The notes under the pieces: generated by a model | Seen by the model: the letters and a program-made list of their open reading frames with translations, nothing else | Told to the model about the DNA's origin: nothing | The model's database searches: none | NCBI GenBank assembly: GCA_020348445.1 | Contig: CP070751.1 | Location: forward strand, 2,561,767-2,625,766 | Reading direction: 5' to 3' | DNA length: 64,000 bases | Source: Thermoplasmata archaeon | GTDB lineage: Archaea; Thermoplasmatota; Thermoplasmata; GCA-020350865 | In this document: positions 36,266 through 46,900 of the stretch, one piece after another | How the letters are laid out: each line of letters starts with the position of its first letter | Numbering within the stretch: position 1 is the stretch's first letter | Program-made: the position numbers and the translations under genes

Positions 36266-37207
36266 TTATCCATAATTGGAATAGCCTTTAGTGCTCGATT
36301 GAAATACCCAATCGCTATCTGAATCTGTATCAGCACCATCAGGAATTCGTTGCCATGTATTATCATCATCGTAACTATCTGTTTTAACAAGAGTTGAATC
36401 AACTTCAAAAGAAGAAGGATTCATGAGAATTACTTTTTCCTTTGAGTTATTTAGCCATTCACCACTTAATAAAATAATCTCATATCCTCCAGGATCTATT
36501 GATCCGGCTAGTGAAAGACCATTATCATCTTTATTCAATAAATACCAACTAGTAAAATTTATGGAGTTATTAGTCGGATTAAAAAGCTCTACCCATTCGT
36601 TATCACTATCCGAACCAGTAGGGTTGAGTTCAATTTCATTGATTATTAATCGACCTTGTGATTCGTTATTCGAACGTCCTCTTGTACCATGGACGAATGC
36701 CCAATCACTATCTGAATCAGTATCCATTGCATTTGGTATTCTTGACCAAGTGTAGTGATTATCTGAAATGTCTGTTAAGATTGGAGTGGAATCTATTATC
36801 ACACGATTCTCATTTAAAAGGATCAGCCTTTCGGCACTATTATCAAGCCATGGACCTGAAATAAACCACACCACATAACGATAAGGAGATATTGTAGATG
36901 AGAGTGAATGACGATCCCCCTTATTATTTTGTATAGCCCAATCCATTACCCATAAAGTTTGGTTCGTTGGATTATAAAGTTCGACATATTCATTTACACT
37001 ATCTGGACCCTTAGGATTAGGTTCAAATTCATTGATTATTAATTGGTTTTCTGGGTATTTTGCTGGGGGTTTCTCAGTGGATTCATCTGAACTAGATTCA
37101 TCTTTATTATATCTCTCATCAATAACAAAATACAAACCTAATACACCAATCAAAATGAAACAAACAATTAATAATACTAATATAATTTTCTTTATTTCCC
37201 TCGACAT
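36266..37207 (-). CDS. Membrane-anchored protein with two tandem lamin-tail (LTD)-like domains
   Basis: N-terminal TM; two repeats of LIINE.E.NP.G.DS..E.VEL.NPTN.......W...N......L...I.P..Y, W.N....., D.T....D..D...TW.RIP...DTDSDSDW.F...T.G.SN. Confidence 0.8.
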   Translation of the reverse strand: MSREIKKIILVLLIVCFILIGVLGLYFVIDERYNKDESSSDESTEKPPAKYPENQLIINEFEPNPKGPDSVNEYVELYNPTNQTLWVMDWAIQNNKGDRHSLSSTISPYRYVVWFISGPWLDNSAERLILLNENRVIIDSTPILTDISDNHYTWSRIPNAMDTDSDSDWAFVHGTRGRSNNESQGRLIINEIELNPTGSDSDNEWVELFNPTNNSINFTSWYLLNKDDNGLSLAGSIDPGGYEIILLSGEWLNNSKEKVILMNPSSFEVDSTLVKTDSYDDDNTWQRIPDGADTDSDSDWVFQSSTKGYSNYG

Positions 37208-37453
37208 ATTTTTGGGGCCTCCCTGTTAATGCATTTTTTTAGAGTTTGAACCGCCCTTCACATCCGAAGCTTAATTTTCTACAATTTTAGATTGAATTAT
37301 TGACATATAAACCTTTTCTTAATGGATGTTACCCTATATTTCCCATTTAAGTTAACTATGATAAATAAAATTCAAATATTTTCATTTCAAAAAATTATTT
37401 AATCTTCAACCCCTTACAATGTATTACTAACTATCCAATAATGGAGGTATATC

Positions 37454-38350
37454 ATGCTAACCCAAATTCACTTTCTTCTGACCTATCTATGCAATATGGA
37501 ATGCGACCATTGTTTTGTATATAGTAATCCAAATGCAAAAGGTACCTTTTCTCTAAATCAGATTAAAAATGTCCTCGATGAGCTGGATAAAATCGGAACA
37601 ATTGAATGGGTGTATTTTGAAGGTGGAGAACCATTTATGTTCTATCCCCTTATGGTGGAGGGGATTAAACTAGCAAAAAACAGAGGATATAAGATTGGAG
37701 TGGTGACAAACGCATACTGGGTGACATCAGAGGAAGATGCTTTACTTTGGTTAAAACCACTTCATGAACTGGGAATATCTGATTTGAGTATCAGCGACGA
37801 TGAATTCCATTATGAGAATGAGAAGGACAATTTCACCAAACTCGCGTATGCTGCCGCAAAAAACTTGGGAATGCCTGTTGGGTCAATATGCATAGATAAA
37901 CCGGAAGTTCATACAGAAATAACAAGATCCAAGGGGGAGTCTGTAGTAGATGGAGGAGCACTACTTAAAGGAAGAGCAGTAGAAAAACTGACAGAAAATC
38001 TTCCCAGAAGAAAAAGCGAGGAGTTCACAGAATGTCCTGAGGAGGATTTAAAAAATCCAAAGAGAGTTCATGTGGATCCATACGGATATGTTCACATATG
38101 CCAGGGATTGGTAATGGGCAACATGTGGGAGACACCCCTTTCTGAAATGGTGAAGAACTATGATGCAGAGACCCATGCAATTTGCGGCTCTTTGCTCTCA
38201 GGCGGGCCAGCACTATTGGCTAAAAAGTATGATGTTGAACATGAAAAAGAATATGCCAGCGCATGTCATTTTTGCTATGAAGTGCGAAAAACTCTCTTGG
38301 ATAGATTCCCAAAATATCTTGCACCGAGGCAGATTTACGGATTAGAATAA
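37454..38350 (+). CDS. Radical SAM protein with C-terminal Cys-rich auxiliary region
   Basis: LTYLCNMECDHCF, FEGGEPF, VTNAYW, LSISDD, GRA, C...ICQG..CHFC. Confidence 0.85.
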   Translation: MLTQIHFLLTYLCNMECDHCFVYSNPNAKGTFSLNQIKNVLDELDKIGTIEWVYFEGGEPFMFYPLMVEGIKLAKNRGYKIGVVTNAYWVTSEEDALLWLKPLHELGISDLSISDDEFHYENEKDNFTKLAYAAAKNLGMPVGSICIDKPEVHTEITRSKGESVVDGGALLKGRAVEKLTENLPRRKSEEFTECPEEDLKNPKRVHVDPYGYVHICQGLVMGNMWETPLSEMVKNYDAETHAICGSLLSGGPALLAKKYDVEHEKEYASACHFCYEVRKTLLDRFPKYLAPRQIYGLE

Positions 38351-38416
38351 TAAAGGATTGTCACATTAAATCATTAAACAAAAGCAGGGATATCATAAGA
38401 TTTAGGGGGACAGGAA

Positions 38417-39094
38417 GTGCAATACAAAGAAGTTATGAAAAAATTAGAATCTCTTTCAAATCCAGATTCAGTTAGGGGGATGGCAAAGTACGGGATCAAC
38501 TCAAATAACAATTTGGGAATAAATGTCACAACTTTGAGAAAGCTGGCAAAAGAAATTGGATGCGATCATGAACTTGCCCTTAAACTTTGGGCTTCAGGAA
38601 TCAGGGATGCACGTTTTCTTGCAGCCACAATCGATGATCCCGAGAAAGTTACAGAAGAGCAACTGGAGAGCATGGTTCTGGATCTGAATTCCTGGGATAT
38701 CTGCGACCATTGTGCAAGTGATATCTTCCTTAACAGCAAATTCGCGTATAAGAAGGCGGTGGAATGGAGTGCAAGGGATGAAGAATTCGTTAAAAGGGCT
38801 GGTTTTTCTTTGATGGCAAGATTGGCTGTCCGTGACAAAAAAGCAGAAGATAGAAAATTCGAGAGATTCCTCCCAATAATCAAAAGGGAGGCTTGCGATG
38901 AGAGAAACTATGTTAAGAAGGCTGTGAATTGGGCATTGAGACAGATAGGAAAACGAAACCTTCACCTTAACAAGATGGCCATCAAGACTGCAAAGGATAT
39001 TCAGAAGATGGATTCGAAGAGCGCAAATTGGATAGCCTCAGATGCCTTACGGGAATTGACAGGTGATAAGATACAAAAGAGGTTTAAAAAATGA
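38417..39094 (+). CDS. AlkD-like DNA alkylation repair protein (HEAT-like)
   Basis: G.....LRKLAKEIG.DHELAL.LW.SG..DAR.LA, SWD.CD, W....EEF..RAGF.L, DERNYVKKAVNWALRQIGKRN. Confidence 0.9.
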   Translation: MQYKEVMKKLESLSNPDSVRGMAKYGINSNNNLGINVTTLRKLAKEIGCDHELALKLWASGIRDARFLAATIDDPEKVTEEQLESMVLDLNSWDICDHCASDIFLNSKFAYKKAVEWSARDEEFVKRAGFSLMARLAVRDKKAEDRKFERFLPIIKREACDERNYVKKAVNWALRQIGKRNLHLNKMAIKTAKDIQKMDSKSANWIASDALRELTGDKIQKRFKK

Positions 39095-40065
39095 AGAGCC
39101 AGAATAAAGAAATCATAGATAGAATGCTCGATTCAGGGGAGCCCTCGATTCGTTTCAAGATTCTGACCAAAGTTCTTGGAAGGAGCTTAGAATCATCTGA
39201 AGTTAAAGAAATTCAGGAGGATATAAAGTCATCCAAGAGAGTAAAATTACTTCTTTCAGAAAGAAAAAAAGACGGAAAAATACACCATAGACCATATGCA
39301 AAATGGTATGGAGCTCATTGGGTGTTAACATATCTTGCTGACAATGGCTATCCACCAGGGGATGATTCACTTGTCCCACTCAGGGAACAGGTTTACGAAT
39401 GGCTGTTTTCAGAGGAGCATGAAAAGAAGATCATATCCATATCCGGGCGAACGAGAAGATGCGCGTCCCAGGAAGGGAATGCCCTTTATTATCTTCTTGC
39501 CCTCGGTCTTGCTGATGATGGAACTGAAAAGTTGGCAAAACGGCTCTCTTCTTGGCAGTGGCCAGACGGGGGATGGAATTGTGATAAGAAATCCGATGCC
39601 GTAAATTCCTCTTTCTTCGAGAGTCTTATTCCCCTTCGGGGATTGACGCTACATGCTAAATTGACTGGTGATAAGAATTCCAAAGAAGCGGCAAAACATG
39701 CTGCTGAGATTTTCTTAAAACGGAGATGTTATAAAAGCCAAAAGGATGGAAGTACAATAATGGATGATTTTGTGAAGCTGCATTATCCATGCTATTGGCA
39801 TTACGATATACTATTTGGATTGAAGGTCTTGGCTGAAGCTGGATTTATTAAGGATAAACGTTGTCATGATGCCATGGATATACTGGAATCAAAGCGTTTG
39901 CCTGATGGGGGGTTCCCAGCAGAAAAGAAGTATTATCGACTGGCAAATGAGAAAATATCTGGGCGCTCTCTTGTTGACTGGGGAGGGGCCAGCAAAAGGA
40001 AAATGAATGAGTTCGTAACTGCAGATGCTCTGTTTGTACTTAAAAAATCAGGACGACTTAATTGA
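39091..40065 (+). CDS. Terpene-cyclase/prenyltransferase-like barrel protein (paralog B)
   Basis: L....EPSIRF, Y.KW.G.HW.L..LA..G, CASQEGN, QWPDGGWNC, L.YP.YW.YD.L.GL.VL, RLPDGGF, FVT..AL.VL; ATGA overlap with the AlkD-like gene. Confidence 0.7.
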   Translation: MKSQNKEIIDRMLDSGEPSIRFKILTKVLGRSLESSEVKEIQEDIKSSKRVKLLLSERKKDGKIHHRPYAKWYGAHWVLTYLADNGYPPGDDSLVPLREQVYEWLFSEEHEKKIISISGRTRRCASQEGNALYYLLALGLADDGTEKLAKRLSSWQWPDGGWNCDKKSDAVNSSFFESLIPLRGLTLHAKLTGDKNSKEAAKHAAEIFLKRRCYKSQKDGSTIMDDFVKLHYPCYWHYDILFGLKVLAEAGFIKDKRCHDAMDILESKRLPDGGFPAEKKYYRLANEKISGRSLVDWGGASKRKMNEFVTADALFVLKKSGRLN

Positions 40066-40150
40066 TATGGGGAAATTGCAGAAGCCTGTCGAAAATTTCT
40101 TTTATATGAAAGACGTTATGCTATCAGTTCTTAAAATAAGGGGGAGAGGT

Positions 40151-40906
40151 ATGGACATGATAAATGTAGAACATCACGAAAAAGTGGCAATATTGAGATT
40201 AAACAATGGTGTAACAAACCCATTGAACCTTGAATTTCTAGAAGAAATTTCCAAAAATCTGAAAAAATTGAAACAGGATCCTTCTGTACGCAGTGTGGTT
40301 GTGACCAGTGCAAACGATAAATTCTTTTCAATAGGCTTTGATATCCCAAAACTCTACGATCTTTCCCGGGAGGAGGTTAGCATCTTTTACCAGGCATACA
40401 ACCGTGTTTGCATGGATCTGTATACTTTTCCTAAACCCACTATCGCAGCGATAACTGGTCATGCGATTGCAGGGGGTTGCATTTTAACGCTTTGCTGCGA
40501 TCTGCGATTCATTGCCGAGGGGAAAAAACTAATGGGACTTAACGAGATCAAACTTGGAGTGCCAGTTCCATATCCTGGGGATCGCATTTTAACACAACTT
40601 GTGGGAACCAGATACGCCAGTGATATTATGAACTCAGGTGAGTTTTATTCTACAAGCGAGCAACTTCGAATGGGTATGGTGGATTTCGTTTTACCCCTCA
40701 AACAGGTGGTGCCCGAATCTATTGATAGGATTAGAATAATGGGTGCAATGCCCAATGAGGGTTTCAGAATGATAAAACGTAATAGAGTGGAGCCAGTGGA
40801 AGAGCAGGTTTTTGCAAACTTGGCAGAAAAAGAGCAGTACTTCTTAGGATGTTGGTTTTCGGATGAAGCCCGAAAAAGATTAAAAGAGGCTATATCGAAG
40901 TTCTAG
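40151..40906 (+). CDS. Enoyl-CoA hydratase/isomerase family protein
   Basis: FFSIGFD, PKPTIAAITGHAIAGGC.L.L.CD.R, GLNEI.LG; ATG at 40151 after GGAGAGG. Confidence 0.9.
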   Translation: MDMINVEHHEKVAILRLNNGVTNPLNLEFLEEISKNLKKLKQDPSVRSVVVTSANDKFFSIGFDIPKLYDLSREEVSIFYQAYNRVCMDLYTFPKPTIAAITGHAIAGGCILTLCCDLRFIAEGKKLMGLNEIKLGVPVPYPGDRILTQLVGTRYASDIMNSGEFYSTSEQLRMGMVDFVLPLKQVVPESIDRIRIMGAMPNEGFRMIKRNRVEPVEEQVFANLAEKEQYFLGCWFSDEARKRLKEAISKF

Positions 40907-40908
40907 TT

Positions 40909-41442
40909 TTGATGGGAGGATATCCCTTGAGCCAGATATTACAAAAACTCAAAGGAGGAGATCTCCGATCCATTGGTAGGGCAGATGAGGTTGTAGAGGA
41001 TATTCTAAAGAATCCGTCCCTTTTTGGAGAGGTATTCAAAGGTATGAGCCACGATGATCCAAAAGTGCGGATGCGAAGCGCCGATGCACTGGAGAAGGTA
41101 TCATCCAAGCATCCTGAGTACCTCCAGCCCTATAAAAAAAGGCTCATTTCTGAGGTATCGGTAAGTGATCAGCAGGAAGTGCAATGGCATGTGGCCCAGA
41201 TGTTTTCTTATTTAAAACTTACAAGAAAAGAAAGGGAGAAGGTCGTTTCGATTCTTTTTTCCTATATTGATGGTACCAAGAGCAACATCGTCAAGGTATT
41301 TTCCATGGAAACGCTGACCGAGCTTGCAGAAAGTGACGATAACTTAAAACCTAGGGTCATAGGAAAGATAAAAAAGGAAATTAAAAGCGGAAGTTCTGCT
41401 GTAGTAAACAGAGGTCGGAAACTGATCAAATTATTGGAATAA
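40909..41442 (+). CDS. HEAT-repeat protein, function unknown
   Basis: GGDLRSIG, D..VRMR.ADALEK, Q.EV.WHVAQ, S.IV.VF.M..L; exact start uncertain. Confidence 0.7.
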   Translation: MMGGYPLSQILQKLKGGDLRSIGRADEVVEDILKNPSLFGEVFKGMSHDDPKVRMRSADALEKVSSKHPEYLQPYKKRLISEVSVSDQQEVQWHVAQMFSYLKLTRKEREKVVSILFSYIDGTKSNIVKVFSMETLTELAESDDNLKPRVIGKIKKEIKSGSSAVVNRGRKLIKLLE

Positions 41443-41469
41443 AAATAAACAACCCAAGGAGGTATTTAC

Positions 41470-42639
41470 CTGAGAGAAATATATGCAGTTTTAGGTGCTG
41501 GACGACAGGGAGTAGCAGCAGCATATGATCTGGCAAAATTCGGAGATGCCAAGGAGATCAGATTGGTAGATTTGAATGATGAGCTGGCAAAAGAGTCTTC
41601 AAAATACGTTAATAACCTTATTGACAGGGATGTTGTCATTCCGGTTCAGGCAGATGTTGAAAATGAGAAAGAGTTGGACTCATTTATTGAGGATATCACC
41701 ACTATAATAAGCGCGGTCCCTTACAATTTCAACCTAGCTCTGACAAAAACGGCTGTGAAAAATGGAGTGAATATGTGTGATTTGGGGGGCAATACAGCCA
41801 TTATCAAACAACAAATTGAATTCGACTCAGAGGCAAAATTAAAAGGAATAACCATTGTTCCTGACTGCGGTATGGGACCGGGCATGAACATCTCACTTGC
41901 CGTTTATGCAATGTCACTTCTTGAAAAACCACAGGAGATTTATATATGGGATGGCGGTCTTCCTCAAAATCCCAAACAACCTTGGAATTATGTTTTAACC
42001 TTCAACATCGGTGGCTTGACCAATGAATACTATGGCAAGGCTCACTTCCTTCGAAATGGAAAGATCTCCGAGGTTCCGTGCTTTGATGGATACGAAGAAC
42101 TTGACTTTCCTCCACCACTCAACAAACTGGAGGCCTTTGTTACCTCAGGGGGACTTTCCACCATGCCCTGGTCCTTTGAGGGAAAACTAAAATGCCTTGA
42201 AAATAAGACTTTGCGGTATCCTGGCCACTGGGCGCAATTTAGGGCCTTCTCAGAACTTGGTTTATTGGGACTTGAACCCATAGAAGTTGGTAATGTCAAG
42301 GTTACACCAAGGGATTTCTTTCATGTCCTTCTTGAACCAGAACTTACACAGGATGATGTACGCGATGTTGGGTTGATTAGGGTAAAGTGCATAGGAGAGA
42401 AAGAGGGAAAACATACTGAGGTAATTGTTGATCTAATGGATTATTACGATGAGAAAATAGGTTTTACAGCAATGCAAAGAATGACAGGCTGGCATGCCTC
42501 CATCGTAGCTATCATGGCATCACAGGATAGAATTCGAAAAGGAGTTGTTCCTGTGGAGTTTATCCCAGGCGCTGCAGTGGTTAAAGAGGCGCGAAGAAGA
42601 GGATTTGTAATTGAGGAAAAGGTTGAGGTGAAGGAATAA
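41470..42639 (+). CDS. Saccharopine dehydrogenase-family oxidoreductase, apparently CTG-initiated
   Basis: The Rossmann motif YAVLGAGRQG lies upstream of the ORF-track start (41563) in the same frame. CTG at 41470 follows GGAGGT by 6 nt; in-frame TAA at 41446. Body: DLGGN, PDCG..PG, GGLP, F...GL..EY, EAF.T.GG, KTLRYPGH, AM.R.TG. Confidence 0.85.
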   Translation: MREIYAVLGAGRQGVAAAYDLAKFGDAKEIRLVDLNDELAKESSKYVNNLIDRDVVIPVQADVENEKELDSFIEDITTIISAVPYNFNLALTKTAVKNGVNMCDLGGNTAIIKQQIEFDSEAKLKGITIVPDCGMGPGMNISLAVYAMSLLEKPQEIYIWDGGLPQNPKQPWNYVLTFNIGGLTNEYYGKAHFLRNGKISEVPCFDGYEELDFPPPLNKLEAFVTSGGLSTMPWSFEGKLKCLENKTLRYPGHWAQFRAFSELGLLGLEPIEVGNVKVTPRDFFHVLLEPELTQDDVRDVGLIRVKCIGEKEGKHTEVIVDLMDYYDEKIGFTAMQRMTGWHASIVAIMASQDRIRKGVVPVEFIPGAAVVKEARRRGFVIEEKVEVKE

Positions 42640-42724
42640 TAGAGAACATTTTGTATCATGATGGATTAATTTTCTTAAAAGCTAATATCTTTATAAACCA
42701 CAGCGAATATACACCATATAGAGG

Positions 42725-43747
42725 ATGATGATGCAAAAGAAACAAGTAAGCAGATATTCCAGACATATCATACTTGAGGAGATCGGGGAGATTGGGCAGA
42801 AACTGCTTCGAGAATCCACTGTCGCTGTCGTAGGCTGTGGAGCCCTAGGCAATGTTATTGCCAATCACCTTGTAAGGGCAGGCATTGGAAGACTGAGGAT
42901 AATAGACAGGGATTTAGTTGAGCTCGATAATCTTCAGAGACAGATATTGTTTGACGAGCAGGATGTGGGATCTCCCAAATCCTTAGCTGCACAGAAGAAA
43001 CTGGAGAATGTCAACTCGGAAGTTGAAATTGAAGGTGTGGTAAAGGATTTGAATCCCAACAATGCAGAGAAAATTCTAGGTGATGTGAACCTCATCCTCG
43101 ATGGAACCGACAACATGGAGACCCGATATCTCGTAAATGATGTTTGTGTTAAGAAAAACATTCCATGGGTGTACGGCGGAGCTGTATCAACATATGGAAT
43201 GAGCATGAATATCGTCCCACAAGATACGGCCTGCCTAGTTTGTGCCTTTCCATACCTGCCAAGAGCGGGTTCCCTTCCAACATGCGATACAGTTGGCGTC
43301 CTTAACACTGTGCCGAGCATAATAGCCTCCATTCAAACCACCGAGGCATTGAAGATACTTATGAAAAAAGAGTACAACAAGGAATTGATCGTATATGACG
43401 TCTGGAACCATGATTTTAAAAATATCAAGCTAAAAAGAAATTCTCAATGCAAATGTTGTACAGATAGAAACTTCGAATATCTAAGTGCGAAAAAATCAGA
43501 GCGCACCACGGTATTGTGCGGCCGAAATTCAGTTCAGATAATCCCAGCTTTAGAAAGTGATATCGATCTGCAACACTTGGCGGCCCGCCTTAAAAAAGTG
43601 GGCAACGTGAAGCTAAGTCCTGTTCATCTGGTCTTCGAGACAAAAGAAGCGGCAATCAATATATTCAAGGATGGAAGAGCCATTGTTAAAGGAACAGACA
43701 ACGAAACCCAGGCTCGAACAATATATGCAAAATATATAGGCAACTAA
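42725..43747 (+). CDS. MoeB/ThiF (UbaA-type) adenylyltransferase with C-terminal extension
   Basis: RYSRH..L.EIG..GQ..L, VVGCGALG, DRD.VE..NLQRQ, DGTDN..TRY..ND, CLVC..P.LP...LPTCDTVGV, C.CC, IFKDGRA...GT. Confidence 0.9.
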   Translation: MMMQKKQVSRYSRHIILEEIGEIGQKLLRESTVAVVGCGALGNVIANHLVRAGIGRLRIIDRDLVELDNLQRQILFDEQDVGSPKSLAAQKKLENVNSEVEIEGVVKDLNPNNAEKILGDVNLILDGTDNMETRYLVNDVCVKKNIPWVYGGAVSTYGMSMNIVPQDTACLVCAFPYLPRAGSLPTCDTVGVLNTVPSIIASIQTTEALKILMKKEYNKELIVYDVWNHDFKNIKLKRNSQCKCCTDRNFEYLSAKKSERTTVLCGRNSVQIIPALESDIDLQHLAARLKKVGNVKLSPVHLVFETKEAAINIFKDGRAIVKGTDNETQARTIYAKYIGN

Positions 43748-43930
43748 TAGAAGTTTAAGTTGATTAAACATTTAAGATAATACATGTTAACTACTTTAAA
43801 ACGTTTGAATTTTACCCAAATATTAATGAATAGCTTCTTATATGGTTCTATATATATAGGAAAATAACAACCCACAGTGAGCACTCTTGTACTTGACCTT
43901 GAGGTTAGTACGGACGATTGGGGGGAGTGT

Positions 43931-46900
43931 ATGAAAGCAATTCAGAAATTCAGTTATGGAATTATACAGAATATTAGTGTAATGAGCCTGGCCCTGATTA
44001 TGGTAATGGCCAGCTTTGGTGGAACCATCGAGAACACCATGAACGTCACACAGCACGAAGGTGCGCAGGTATTATCCACAGGGACGGATTATTCTGCATT
44101 TCCTGATGAGGATCCGGACAGCGGAAAATTTTTAGGTGTTGCTGGTTCAGGAACCCTTGTCAATGTTCCAATAATATGTCATATCGGTGTTCCTGCAGAT
44201 GAGGATAGCTTCGAGGTTGACATATTCGACGGCGACCTTGGCGGACATTGGGATCAATACTATGATAACAGCGATTACATGGATTTTAAACTCTATGAGG
44301 ATCCGAAAAAAGATGGCACTGGAACCTCCCTTGTTGCCTCTTGGACACATAGTGTCATGAGCGATGATAATTGGTATCACCGTGTCTTTAATACAACATC
44401 TGGAGCAAAGGCGCTCAGCGGCAACTACTTCTACAGAATGACTGTCCAGTGGCGAAGTCCTGGGACATCTTCAAGCAATAACTATTTCAAGATCCGAACA
44501 ACAGGTCAAATAAGTGTTGCCAAGGGAAACCAATTTGCTTTAATGGCAGGTCCACTGAGGATCCCTTACCCAAGCAACTACGGCCCCAAACCCTGGGAAA
44601 GTAAGAATCTCGATCCTCCAGAATGGGCAGGGGATAGTGACCCAGATACCAATAATGTTGATGCAAATTCCTATGATGGTGACTGGAATTTCTATTTCTA
44701 TGTTCCCAAAACCCGCAACATGGTTTCCTTCAAGGACGGTGATGCAGATATCGTAGTAGACGATGATGATGCAAACACTCCTTTTCCCGAGGGGATAAGT
44801 CACGGTGCTCCAAAAGATGGTCCCAGCCCCTACAATGGTTGCGATGTGGCGCCCAACGTCAAGTACACCATCACAGATCCTGATGGTAACTCCTATGTAA
44901 ATTCGAATCCCTCAGGAAATCTGGAATGGGAAAATTTCATCATCTCCAAGGATTCTGCTGATAATCCCGATCATCTGGTGAGTTACGACCTTTCCGCAGG
45001 TTTATGGAACATGCATATCCAAGGACTTGACTCCCACAATATGTATTTTATCGAGGCATCATTTGAGATCTTCACAACAACCAAACCACCACTTCCTGTG
45101 AGTCCACCACCAACACTGGTTCCACCTTTGGCTGCATCTGTATCTCCCGGAACGAATGTGAACTATGCCCACAAGCTCACCAACAAGGGCTTAAGTGATG
45201 TTTTTGATTTGAGTGCAATTTCCAGTCGCGGATGGACGACGAGGATCTATCACGATGCCGACGGCGATGGTGCACTGGATTCCTCGGAAGTAACAGCTGG
45301 TGAAATTTCTGATACAGGTACCCTTGCCAAGGATGAGGCTTTTGATATGATAGTGCAGGTTGAGGTTCCTTCTAGTTCGAAAGATGCAATAGATTATACG
45401 AAGGTGACAGGGGCTTCACAGACAGAATGGAACATTCAAGCCTCCCTGACTGACACGACAACTGTGAAGTCAAATCAACCTCCTGTTGCCGATGCCAATG
45501 GACCATATTTTGGAGATGAGGGCAGTACCATACAACTCGACGGATCCGGTACACAAGATCCCGATGGGGACTACTTGTGGTACTTCTGGGATTTGGATAA
45601 TGATGGATACTACGATGATTCCACAGATATCAAACCAAAATATTTCTGGGGTGAGGACGGAATTTACCCTGTTAAACTTGCTGTTTATGACGGAGAAGTG
45701 TACGATTTTAATAGTACGACCGTGTATGTTGGAAATCTAGCACCCGAGATTTACTCCACCAGCTACGTATACACACTCACACAAGGAAGCAATAGCTGGA
45801 CCATTCCCGCAGTAGAGAGCACCCTCTCACCAAAAGACTTCTACAATTACTACAGCGCAAGTGCACATACAGGTTTTGAGATACCATATCAGAGCTTCTT
45901 GTATTTGTATAGGGACATAGATGATCCCTCAAACGAAGTGGGCCTTTTCATTATCCATGATATCGACGGTGATATTGGTCCGCCGTACGGTTCTCCAGAT
46001 GCACAATGCTGGATGGACCTTTCAGGTATTCCCTCTGGAACATACCTTGCCCAAAGTGATGATCCCGGTGAGTTCAAAATCAATTATCCAAGTGCAGGTA
46101 AGGCCCGGGGCAGATGGCACTGGTGGTACAACACAGATGGTGGTGCCATCGGAGGATTGTCAACCACAAGTTCCTGGGCAATCACAATCGAGCCTCTTTT
46201 TTGGGACGATGTAAGCACATGGGCCTACTACTACGCTGGTGGGAGTAATATCAACTTGAACATGAACCAACCCATCACAATCTCGTACTCTGCACAAACA
46301 GAGCCTACCACCGTCTCAACGAACGAGGGGACATCTATAACATTGGGTGCGTTTGCAAGGGATTGGGGTCTTGATGATGAACCTTTGGGTTATAAATTCT
46401 ATTGGAATGATCCATATGATCCTGGAGCCTCAAGCACAGGTTCCACCCCCTGGGATACTCTATTTACGGCATCACATACATACTACGAGAATGGGGCATA
46501 TTCCCCACAATTGACTGTTACAGACAGCGACGGTGCAACAGACACCCTTACCTTTACTGTGAACGTCGCTAATGTGGCACCTAATGTTGATGCAGGATCA
46601 AACCAAGTGGTCAATGAAGGAACACCTGTCAGCGTTTCAGGTACATTCTCTGATCCCGGTGCTTACGATTCTCATTCTGCAACCTGGAGTTGGGGTGATA
46701 GTAACACAAGTCCTGGCTCAGTTTCCGAGGAAAATATACCTCCCTATTCCACAGGAACGGTATCAGGCTCTCATATCTACATGGACCAGGGAACATACAT
46801 TGTGATTTTGACTGTAACAGATGATGATGGTGATTCAGGTAAGGATAGGTTGACTGTTACAGTTTTAGACTTGGCCCCAACTGCAGAGTTCAGCTGGTCC

